From Oopsacas minuta (Eukaryota; Animalia; Porifera): a stretch of 64,000 bases of DNA. Shown here one piece after another: positions 11,332 to 23,300 of this stretch (positions are counted from its first letter, which is position 1; every line of letters starts with the position of its first letter). Made by a program: the position numbers and the translations under genes. Location: the NCBI GenBank assembly GCA_024704765.1, contig JAKMXF010000188.1, forward strand, positions 429,015 to 493,014, written 5' to 3'. Below the pieces are notes generated by a model. The model saw nothing but the letters and a program-made list of their open reading frames with translations. It searched no databases and was not told the DNA's origin.

Positions 11332-11700
11332 TTTTCAGTGCAGTTCTTATATGGAGATGTCCTAATGGCATGGACGATGTGCGACGTCGTCAGTCCACAG
11401 GGCCGTGCGAAATCTAGCAATCCAATTAACATGAAAATTGGCATACATGTACATTTTGGGTCGGAGATTTGCACTTTGGGTATGAATTTTATCTAAAGTG
11501 AATATTTCACTCCTTCTATGTAAATACAAAAGCAAGCTAGAGATTATGTTTCAACATGTCAGGGGTAATTGAGTGCGTAGATTACAATTTTGACGTTTTC
11601 AAATCTTATCTAAATGATTTATCTATGACTATTTTAATCATGTTTTCACACTATTTCGCATATTATTCAAACTCATGCTAGAGATTTTGACAAATTATTC
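11332..11700 (+). repeat. HINE/DINE-1-like (Helentron-associated) non-autonomous repeat family
   Basis: T-rich end plus AGTGCAG(C/T)TC(C/T)TATAxGGAGATGxCCTA, a CGTC/GTCC-rich block and GCGAAATCTA...ATGAAAATT. Related copies lie at ~26330-27612 (-), ~59075-59300 (+), ~61880-62485 (-) and an end fragment at ~63400-63430 (-). The class is assigned from architecture only. Confidence 0.5.
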
Positions 11701-12038
11701 GGAATTTTATCCATAGGATTTGAGGATAGAACATGAAGTACATTAGGGGGACGAAGAATATCGAATATACTGAAATATTTATCAGGTCCAGGAGCCCAAA
11801 ATCAGTTGAGTCCGGTGCATTGCGACATTTCAAGGGGGTCAGGGGGATATACGTATTTATTATTATGGCGAAACAAGTTTTCATTACTTGTGCGTAAGTC
11901 AAACCTAAAAAATCATCTGTACAGGGCAAGAATATATTACATAAGCAAAATGGTAGCCAATGTTAAAAAATAGTTCAAGAGTGAAAGAGGCTTACATGGT
12001 TGACGCCGCATATCTGAGTGAATGGGTTGTCTAGAAAA

Positions 12039-12229
12039 CAGGGTTGTGGGAATGAAATCTTGATTCCATTCCCATCCTATTCCAACAGGATTCTCGAATT
12101 CTCTGTGTGAATTCCCATATAGGAATCGCCTGGAATTTCTATTTTCCCACGAGATTTTCATGCGATTCCCACGTGGGAAAACCCCATTGTAAGGAAATCA
12201 TTTCCCATCCCATTCCCACGGCAACCCTG
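12039..12229. mobile_element. hAT-like MITE (191 bp)
   Basis: TIRs CAGGGTTG...CAACCCTG with GGGAAT/ATTCCC subterminal repeats. Degenerate 8-bp TSD CTAGAAAA/CTAAACAA. Confidence 0.7.
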
Positions 12230-12526
12230 CTAAACAACCCTTGCCTAATAGTGTAATGCAAGTCTTTCGTAGCAGTGGGTGTCCGGAAATAAAGGATACC
12301 CACAGTGGCACCGGCCCTGGGCTTAGGAGAGAACTGGGCCTTAGGTAGTTAGAACCAACGAATTCCCCTGGATCTGGCTCTGCTGATGGACTTGGCAAAG
12401 ACGCGAGCTCCTATATATAGGTAACCATTACAGGGTTTGATGGTATTCGGCCGCCTTAAGAGATAAACTTGGATCGATTAACAAGCAAAGTATAGTAGTG
12501 AGCATATTTTGGAGAATTGATAGTAT

Positions 12527-15500
12527 TCATAATATCGTTTTCCTAGCAACAAAGAAAGCACAATGGTATTGATAAGTTAGCATTGAATTTGGATTTTCTA
12601 TATAAGTTGAAGGAATGTTTCTTTCTTCTAGCAATTCAAATTTCAAATCTTTTGTCATAATCTTAATAATGTCTGCATAGGTTAGTTCTATCGAAAATTC
12701 ATTACAGATTTCTGCAAAGTGATACAGCAGTGGTCCAAAGTTTATCCAAAGACCTCCAGGCTTCAATATTCTATTAATACACTCGATGTATTCGATAATG
12801 TTATGTGCAGTGTCAATAAAGTAACAGGTGGTAACACAATCCCATTGATTGTTGTCATCTTTATACACAATAAGAAAATCTCCAGCAGTCATAGAAAAGT
12901 TGCCAGGCTTAGGTAACGAGTCTGGACACACGTCGGGTATCCGTACAGGTGTGAATTGATCTTCCACACTCCAGCAATTAAGTTGTGAGTGTACCCATGG
13001 ATATATGGTGTGTTGATATACATCAGATCCACTGTTAAGAATAAAATTTGAAGCTAACAACATATACATACTGAATTCGTTACCCTGACAAGTATAGCCC
13101 TCGCGAGCAAGTTCGAAAGCTAATCTCGCCAAACCACAACCTGGCACAAGAATTTTAATTGAACTTCTCAAAGTAGAATTACTGTAGTAACTTTGAATAC
13201 TGTCTAAAATAGGCTTATAACAAAGGTCCCGCTCTTTCTGACCCTCTTTACTCCAGTCCCGATAAAACTGCTTCAGGGTTGTAATCACCTATAGGGATGG
13301 AATCAACATTAATCGATGCCAGGAGCAGAGGCGTAGCTAGCATTTCCTATTTGGGGTTTGCTGGGTCATCCCACTTTATAAAGTTACGTATACATTTGTA
13401 AATTGGTTAATATTTATCTGTATTTCACGTTTGCCTGAGGCTATTTTCGCCATTTTGATTTTTCCATATAAACGGGATAATTGGGACATATTTTGTTGAA
13501 TTTGGCTGGAAATTTGCCAAAATTGTATTTTCATTGTGTTAGAATTGTATTAGAAAATTATTGTAGATATTTGTACTGAAACAAGCTAATACAGAGAAAG
13601 AATTTTCAAAAACTGGGAAAATATCAAAAAATTGCAATTAATTTTTGCTTCTAAATTGCAAAAATGGGTGAATTTCAAGGAAACTTTATAGAATTTTAGT
13701 CAACCAGGATTTTTTCGAATAAATTAGCTATAAGTGGGAGTTACTTTTATATTTGGAGGGCGAATCTCCCTCAATTCGAAAAACAGCTAGACGGCCTGAC
13801 CGGAGCCTTCTTTTTTCTATGGCGATGTTGCAGAATGTGGCCTAAAAGGCCCCAAAATGACTGCTTCATGACATAGCAATATTCAAAATTATTATACTAT
13901 AAGCGATTAAGGCATAAGTGTTACGTTAGTAACGAAAGGAACACATTAATTTCACCACCTCGTTTTAACCATCCCGCACTCAACTCAAAACCTTTTGACG
14001 TCATCAAAATGACACTTTTTCACGGCAGTATTCGGTTAATAGTATGGGGTTGCATAGGATGTTTGTATTTACTATTTAGTATATCGAAAAATATTCGAAT
14101 TGTTGTAAATCTATTTTCGTTACCTTTGAAATGAGAGATGATAAATGCAAACACAGATTCGGAGAAAATTTTTAGCATAATAATAGTTTGAAATTCCGTA
14201 CAAGATTAAATGAATGTTCTTTCAAATGAAATTAATACCATGATGTTGCGGTCAGCCTTCCAAATTTAAAGATAAAAGTGACATACAAGTGAACAATGAA
14301 CTCGGCGCTTTCCGCATTGATGCATAGGGGCAACTTGGGCCATTTGGGTGGGCATATGCCCACCCAGTTTTGACACCACTATAATACAAAAGTATAAGGT
14401 GAGTACGTAAAAAGTCATCATGGATGAATGAAAAGGTTGATTTCTGCAAAGAAATTATTATCAAATCAAATGTTTTAAAGTTGATATATATTTGTAAAAT
14501 ATGGTAAATTAAACTCATGTTTAACGGAAAAATTTATGGTTTGGCTATAAACAACCACTAACATTGTTAGATTCAAAATTTAGTGAGCGACCCTCGTATA
14601 CCTACAAATATTTTTTGATACTAGTGTCATTTTGCCTACTCATTCAACAATTGATTGTTATTATCAAGTAACAAGTAATTTACTATTCTGTGGGATAGCC
14701 ACGTACTTGTGATAAAAATTATCTTCCCACACCTTCAGGAAGAAAGGTAAGAAGCACTGAATTATGTACAACGGTACACCAATCGTCTAGAGATCAACAT
14801 ATGGAGCGATCCAAGAAGCCATACATTCGTTAATTTATATCAAATATGATTGATGAATGATTAGGCGAAATGACACGAATTTCGAATTACTAGGCTTAAT
14901 GGGAATATCCCTACATATATAAATACCCAGATAAATAGCTTTATAAAAGTATAGATACTATAGAATATTTGGAATGATGAAGAAACTTGAAAATTTTTGC
15001 ATACATGGAATTTAGGGAATGAAAAAATTAATTCAGTGAAAAATTAAATATTCGATAATATGTTGAGCATATCGGTCGGGAAATTGCGTTGAATAACGGG
15101 ATAATAGATGCCCAGATAATCAGATATGGCCCGATAAGAGAATCTGTAATCTAGGATATCAATAAAAACCATTATACCTTATCAATATCCATTTTGGTCA
15201 GGGAAGGCTGTAAGGTTTTATCATTTATTGAAGCATTGGCAAGATCCAAGTCAGACCTATTAGCTACATCTGAATTTACAAATACTTGATCACAAGAAGA
15301 TAGTATTGTGTTTATGAAATCAGTGTTAGTTTTGATTGCAGCTTTGAGACGGTGTAATCGATCAGAAAAGTCAGGTAGCATCTGTCGATGCTCAGGTGTG
15401 AGCTTTAAGAAATTTCTATCCACACGGTTAATCATCATAGACATATGATTCGGGTAATTCTTCAGAGCAGTCATAACTTTGAATACGTGCATACGCTCCT

Positions 15501-15705
15501 CTTCATATTCATCTGACGTCATCTGAAAATTTCCAGAAGGGCCATCTGATAGTTCACTTACAGATGAATTAAACTTCGGTGAAGGTTGAGTGTAGTTTTG
15601 TCTCTCCTCGTCCTTTCTATGTTTGCTTTTCAACTCCCGACTAGCTTCTAAATCAATTGTTGAGTGAGAGTTGTTTCTATCCAGCTGTTCATTATAGTTA
15701 GACAT
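12527..15705 (-). CDS. CARNMT1: Carnosine N-methyltransferase-like (N2227 family SAM-dependent methyltransferase), 429 aa, 2 exons
   Basis: Exons 15705-15178 and 13288-12527 (GT-AG, phase 0) join as MDIDK|VITTLKQFYRDWSKEG. Motifs ILVPGCGLARLAFE, QGNEFS, CYFIDTAHNI and WINFGPLLYHF. Confidence 0.95.
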
Positions 15706-15878
15706 GTAGTGTTGGAAATGAGTAATTGATTCGGAAACTAAAAGGGATCAAACCAAGAGAATTGAGATTGAATTCTTGCAGTGTATATCATTATACAAAC
15801 GATATCATTACTAAATAATCAGAAAATTAGAATTGACAAAAGTTCAAAAATAAACCAAATTAGTGTCTCCTGGAGCAG

Positions 15879-15947
15879 CCACTGCCATGATCACACCTAG
15901 GTTGACCTGTTTCAAACAGGATAACTTAGGTGTTATCATGACAGTGG
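15879..15947. other. 69-nt near-perfect inverted repeat (34-bp stem)
   Basis: CCACTGCCATGATCACACCTAGGTTGACCTGTTT-C-AAACAGGATAACTTAGGTGTTATCATGACAGTGG. As plus-strand RNA it has 3 mismatches and 2 G-U pairs. Confidence 0.85.
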
Positions 15948-17314
15948 ATTCAGAATGCTCTCTCTCTCGGTTGTACATTTAAGGTATCAGGACCTTGAGT
16001 CAGATTTTGATATCTGAGGATGGTGTATTACTACCGCTTAAACTTGGGTCAACAAGCACAAAAAATGTAGTCAGTTGGGAGACATTTTGCGCAGAGCTTC
16101 TTTTATATGGGAAAAAACCAAAATTATAGGAAGCCGCCCCAGTTCAGAGTGTGCAAGTTTTCTAGCTTTACTTTATTCCAAGTGACGCAAGGGAATTATT
16201 CCTATCACTAAAATGAAAATTTTATGGATGAAGATGATTGAAGTACGTATGCAGAATTTTGGAACCCTTAGGGCCTCTGGCATTAGGAACCCTGGTTCAA
16301 TGAACCGCCTATTGTACACCACTGCCTGTTTGGTAAAAATGATCAGAGCTTCAACTTGACCAAGAATTAATATGTATAAAAATCCTGTGACTACAATGTC
16401 ATGGCCACAGGTTGATAGTGTTCCCTCTAAGTCGTCGGCAGACAGAATCATGTTTCCGATTTCAATATTTTCGGAAATTTGGCCATTCATGAGGTCATGA
16501 ATATTAACTCTCAATAATAATTTTACTGACAAATTTTAAAATGGTGAGCAAGAATTCATTGCAAATGCACTCAATATATTCTTTCAGATAATGAATTTTC
16601 TGAAAGAAAATTTCAAACTCGAGGGTAGTTCTTCTGAGATTGGAAAACGGTATATTGAGATTATCGGTTAACAGTAGCATTGCGGAGCGCGGTTTCTCTC
16701 AGTTGGCATGGTTGAAAACTCACCTAAGAACCAACTTATCGGTGAAAACTTGATCACAACTATGGATCTTCGTCTCAACCCTGTACAGTTTCAGAGATTC
16801 TCGTAGCATGGGAGATGAGAACGGTTTAGGCGAATTCGCCATGTTCAAAATCAGCCGGCCAGATACTCCATCAGCCGATTCTTAGAAGGAACACCGCAAG
16901 TTGAGAAACAATGATTTAATTACTTGATTACTTAGTAGGGGAGTTAGGCTTTGCTAAATCTAAATATATGACATTCCCCGTTCGATTTCAAGGATACTTA
17001 CATGCGGGTCGTAGAGTGAGTTTACTGACTTAGTTTCCCATAGATCCGTCTAGGGTAGCTATCCCCGTCCCCTAAAAATCCTGCCTAGAGCACGTGCCCT
17101 GCTGGCCCTCCTAGAAACATGTTATAAATTTATAGTTATTATAATCTATAACACAATAAATAAACGGATATACGCAAGAAAATGATTTTACTATTAAGTA
17201 TGCATCAGAAGAGAATATCCTGAAGTGAATAACTGAGATACATGTGTTCTATAGATAGGATTGTGAGAAAGAGTGTGATAGGGTTGCTAATAAGTTAAAT
17301 TGGACAAATAGAAG

Positions 17315-20300
17315 TTATGACCATAAATATAGGCACCCCTCGGAACAGCCTGATACGATATATTCTCCATCATGCTGGAAGGCTAAACATTGCACGGATT
17401 CTTCGTGTTCATTCAGTTCGCTTAGAGTCTGTTGAGCCAAGTTATACATTTTTATAACTCCATTCCCCATAGCTACTCCTAGACAAGCGCCTCCAGTGTC
17501 AAACTCTACACGGTTAGCCATATGAGGACCCAAATCAACTGATTCTGTAAACATGTGTTGTCTCAAATCCCACAGATTCACCTAAAGTTGAAGACTGATT
17601 AGCAATGGCCAAATAACAGAAGTATTGTTAATACAAAAAAGGTAAAATTAAAAACTGTACTCACTAGCCAGATCACCTGAATTATTCACTATTAGTGCTG
17701 GTATTAACTACTATATGACCTGTGTCTAGTTAAACTCTACTAAATTATGCAAGAGAGACGGATAAGTAACTATAATGGCTAGTGTAAAAATGGATATTGA
17801 CTTATATTTGTTCAGAAACGAGCCGTTTCGTTAAATAAAATTGTTTTTACCTACGTGGTTTCTAATAGAAAAAGTGGCCATTCCAAAGAATCAAGGACAC
17901 AAGTCTAGGTGTCCGGGGCATTAATAGATCTATATCGGGACAGAGTGTATATAGGTGCGTGGCAGGCAACTTATAGTGCTATTTCATCAGCCATGAAGGA
18001 CACTAACATGTGAAGAAGTCATTCTCAACCTTTCTTTAGCGATTATTTGGCCTTGAGCGTAGGGTTTTATCCAGGCGTATGCGGCGCGCCTACAGGCGCA
18101 TAAAGGAAATCTGTTATACATATGATATCGGATTAAAATAGATTAATTCGCGATCAAAGCTCGAGACATATGTTAAAACAAGTCGGGAGAATGTCTACGA
18201 AATAAAGGGTTGGAGCAGTGCGCAGTGTTTCCCAGAAAGCGCGTTAGGCGCATCAATTAACCCAGCGGGGCTAGGATAATTTCGTTTGTGCAATTAGCTA
18301 TGGGGTCTTACCAAAATGTCTTTGTGCGTAAGATCAAAATTGACTATGGGGTTTCTGTGGACCTCAATATGAAGATTATCGTTGACTATGGGGTTTCAGC
18401 AGGCCCCAACATGAAGATTACTGTTGGCTATGGGGTCTCTGTAGACCCCAATATGAAGATTACTGTTGGCTATGGGTCTTTGTGGACCCCAATATGAAGA
18501 TTACTGTTGGTTATGGGGTCTCTGTAGACCCCAATATGAAGATTACTGTCGGCTATGGGGTCTACGTTAAATTTCTGGACAGGGGTCCGAATGGAACAGC
18601 CTAGCCCCCGGTGGGTTAACGCGCTTTCCCGATGAATGACGCGCTTAGAATATCTAGCTGCGTTAAAATGAAGATAATATGCATAGGGTTTAGTACGTGC
18701 ATAGGTAACAGAGGCCCCACCCAATTGAGCGCTTTCCAAAAATACTATAGGAAACGCTGGGTTGGAGAAGTATTAAAATTAGGCAAATATTGATTTAATA
18801 ATGGAATATTGGGATAATAGGGACATAATGGATCAAATCGGGATAACATAGGTCACGACGATACATAATAAGGGAGTTAGGATAAATTAAGCGAAATCGT
18901 GAGGGTTAGACAGTATATAATAATACATTACGTCACTCCAATTGAACACATTGTTTCCCCACAAGTACAAGTAGTATTAGTATTAGTATCATTCATAGCG
19001 CAGAACCCCTGGGCAGGAGGGCTTGAGACATCCTTCTTTGATTCGTTACAGCCCCATAGAGCTAATATAAATTTATGATATTGTGCGAAGCCCTCCTTGG
19101 AACTTTCGCGGCTCCTGGTATCATAAAATGAATTAGAAATACGTAATATATAGCTGATTTTCGATGTTAATGGTGTAGGACTGGGAATCCGGGGAGGAAC
19201 GCGAACATTTTCTAAAGGAGGACTCCCACCCTAATGCCACAAGTCAGGGGAGGGCAAAATTGAGTGGAACACCTGGAACTATGACCCCTGGATTGTAAAC
19301 CTTATTCGGGAAATTTATTGAAATTCAATACGTGATTTATTCTAAAGTCCTTATACTAATACGCTAATTAACTACCCCAGGCTAGAATCATTAATATAAT
19401 ACCGTTAATTTTCCATAATATTTCAATGAAAGATAAATAAAGTATCTTAAGTTTGTTAGTGAATAAATATCCTTTATTAAATATCCTTTATTATGTGGGG
19501 TTCTAGCTTGTATTTAATGATATATACATAACGATAGATAAGGTAATAACTAAATAGAGGTGATATATTCAATTCGTAAAGTTTTTGAATTGGCATATAC
19601 TTCTACAGGACCCATTAAAGTAAATCTAATTAAAGAATCGAATCCATATAGGTAATACATTTTGTTTTCTTTGATAATAGGATGCAAAAGGTACAAGCAA
19701 GTACAATGTCAGCCATTACTTAAGTAATTGATATAATAAGTGGGTAGATTAATTTCAAGAAATACCTGGCCGAATGCGTCACAAGAAGCTAGCTGAACTC
19801 CCTTAAAATCTGTACAACACCAGTTAACAGAATGGGAGTGTCCAGTGTATGTCTGAACGCACAGTCCATTCCTCCCATCCCACAGGGCTGCTCGCTTATC
19901 TGCAGAACTAGAGACTAACAACTGAGAGTAAGGGAGAAATTGTACACAAGTTACAGCATCTGAGTGACCCCGTAAGGTAGAGCGACAGGTTGCTGTCTCC
20001 ACATCCCAAATTTTTATATGATGGTCTTGAGATCCACTAGTCAGGAAGTCTCCTCCCCATGACCATGAGATAGACCATATTCCATGAGTGTGTTCGCTTA
20101 ACGTCTGAACACAAGAGCCCTGGTGAAAATCCCAAATTTTGACTGAGCTATCACCTGAACCTGTAGCCAGTCTGTGACCTGATGGGTGGAACCTATAAAT
20201 AAAAGAAATATTGAAATAATAGTCATATAGTGAAATAGCCCTTATCCAGGAAGTGTTGTGTAACTTAGATAGTGCCCGTCTCGGAAAATCAATAGCTCAG

Positions 20301-23300
20301 TGTACAATAGCATCTATATGATGTATTGCCCTGAAAAGCGCCGAAGGATAGAAAAGGGTCCAGATCTTGTGAATAAAAAGTAATCCCCACCTTCAAAGAA
20401 GATTATTTGATGAAATTTACACTTCATTTGGCTATGCATCAAATTGTATAAATAGTTTCCAAAGATCATTTGTATTTTGAGAAATTGGAAAATAATTATA
20501 CGAAAAATCCCACGAAAATAATATTATTCAGGCAAACACGGTATGGATAGTCGAGATATACCAGGCTTTAGCACTCTATAATAAGGCATTGGTGCTTTGC
20601 ATATTTTCGGCTCCCTCCGAAAATTTGTAACTAATGACACTGCCGTACTGTCGGTTCAAAAGTTACAGAATTAACTTAATTGTTGGTGTTGATGGGCGTA
20701 TACAGGGGTGCAATGGGTGCTTCGTATTTACGGAATACAGACATTTCGATGATAGACGTTTCCAATTTTTCAATCAATGGAAATAAGATCAAAATGTATA
20801 ATTGTGAAAGATCAATTCATACATATTGGCAAACAACATGTATATATAATTGTCCTGTACCGGAATATCCTTCTCTTATTTATAATGGCGTAGCATTGGG
20901 AGTTTGGAGGATTCATTGAATCAGAGCCTCCAACCATTCCAAAAGTAATTATAATAAAGTTGCTACCGAATAAAATGGCGAATATCAGTATTCGGTATTC
21001 GGTTGAAGTAAAGCGAATAGTATCAGCAGCATTCGGTTGGTTTGACCGAAAACTATCACATATACATATATTAATCAGTATTAGGATCAGTTTTCGGCAA
21101 GGCTGCGATTCGTGAATACTGATATTTGGTTCGAGCTGTTTAGAACCTTGATCACACAAGGAATAGATTAACTCTGTGGATACAATTAACCATTTAAAAC
21201 TCATAATTATCGCTTAATTATACATTCCGATCATATATATTATCACATATAGTTTGTCATTTTGTAATCTAGGAACTTAACTCCACTATTCTCATTGAAC
21301 TAACGTATTGCCGTTCGCGACAATTAAATTATCCGCTATCCGGGATATTTATAAATGACGGAAAAGTCAATGCTTAGTTAAAATCACATAAAAAACTGTT
21401 GGAATCTGAAAAGAAGTTAAAAGCCGGGTAAAAGTAACTTGCAGAATAATCCAAGGTAATAAATAGCCTGGTGAATTAGGGATAGAAAGTATGACGTAAT
21501 AATTCTGCAAATATACAGATAGCTTATTAACTTCACAAATAGTTAGTATATATTTAGAAAAGAATAGAGTAAATCACCTGCAAGAAGATATCCAATCATG
21601 GTGACCCTCACCTGTCATCAATAAGTTTAGCTCTGGGAGAGTCCATAGCTTCCAAGTATGGTCATCACTCGCGGTTACTAGCACTGGCTTGTTTGGATGG
21701 AAATTGATATCAGAAATGCCATAGGAGTGTGACTCTATCTTTCTAGCCAAATGAAATCCAACCGTCTTCGTAAGGTGTCCACAAGGGGCTATTTCTTTGT
21801 CTGCGAATGGGTTTGTGGTAGAGAAAAGAGCTCTCAATTTAGTATCTGTAACAGATTTAATTACACCTATATGGAAACATACAATATATATGTATAAGGA
21901 CAGATGTTAAGCAACACATACTTGTAACTGAGGATTTACTTTTCTTTAAGGGTTGTGATGTCCCAGATTCGAGGATAATTTCCCCAACATCTCCCCCTAA
22001 TCTGGAAGTAGCTCGGGTAGAAGGACCAGTAGGAATACCTCCTGTACCCCCGTGTAGACTCTTCAGTGTAGCCTGCAGAGATACCACTTGACTTAAAGCA
22101 CGGTCACGCTCAAGTTGGGTGAGCATGCGTTCTCGGATTGCAGATTGATATCTACAGTAGAGGCGACATCAATATACAATGGATTCAGAATCCTCGACCC
22201 CTGCCCCATGATGTTAGGAATCGATTGCCCCGGATTAAATTACATCGGTTATTCAGTTAATCTGAAAGCAGGGTTGGATTTCAATTTTAGAACAATTGAA
22301 CTTGTCAAAACGCGATCTTAGAAGTCACTTTCCTATTGGCCAGTGTCTCATTCTATGCATTGGTAACTAAAACAATTAGTCTTCTCTCTCACCGTTTTGT
22401 TATTCTTTATGCTTCGATTTAATTAACTTAAGTAGAACCTCAATAAGTGGAGGGGCCGGTGAATATTCTGATACTTATAGCCCAGCCTCATTTAATAAGA
22501 TTCAACTTGTAATTGTCCCATGAATTGTAATTTAATGGTAAAAGTACTGAAGAGCTACACACATTAGAAAACGTCCCAAAGTATTGGTAGTGTGAAAATA
22601 TATACATTAGAAATTAAATGTCAGGTGCACAATTAGATGTCACTGCGAGTACACTTGCCAAATTTGGTGTCTTAATCTCTAAGGTGTGAACCAGTAGAGC
22701 GAGAACATATATATGCTAAGCCAACCATTTTAGAACTGAGCCACTATACCAGTAATACTATTACTCTGCACAGTAAAAACCATGCCCCGGGTTGTTATTC
22801 ATAGCCCCGCTCCTGCCCCGGGCTAGCCAAATCCTGCGACTGCCCCTGAATGCATGATTTTATAATAGCAATAATAGACCTTGAAATGTGCATCAGGTGG
22901 ACATAAAGTGTATGCAAGTGAGCTTGTGACTACCTAGCACATCTTTAGTAGGTACACGAAAGTGTGTCAGTGGCGGTGTTAAGGGGCGCAAAATTTTGAG
23001 CAATGATTACATTATAATGTTTGGATTGTTAACTCGAGTCTACCATATCATCCACCGCAGCCTCCAAATTCTCTTACTAATTTTCACATATTTCATGATA
23101 ATTGCTATTATCGTTTATTTTAGAGAGAATTAACTATAAATTTATTCTAATTAATTTCGAAAAATATAAAATGCTAATTATTGGATAATTTCAATGAATA
23201 AAATCTCAAATCAGCGTCTGTGCCGACATAAATTATACCAAAGTAATTTTAGTGGATTATTGAAACTATATTATTCTATACTCGCTGACAAAAGTGTTAG

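Noticed and set aside
16255-16300. GIRNPGSMN resembling a USP Cys box (GLxNxGNTCY)
   Set aside because: The catalytic cysteine is absent, so the match is likely coincidental.
20680-21204. ORFs of 79 aa (+) and 130 aa (-) in a SPAG16 intron
   Set aside because: They overlap a CAAGGTTG-family MITE and AT-rich repeats, and they do not fit the SPAG16 exon chain, which is already complete.
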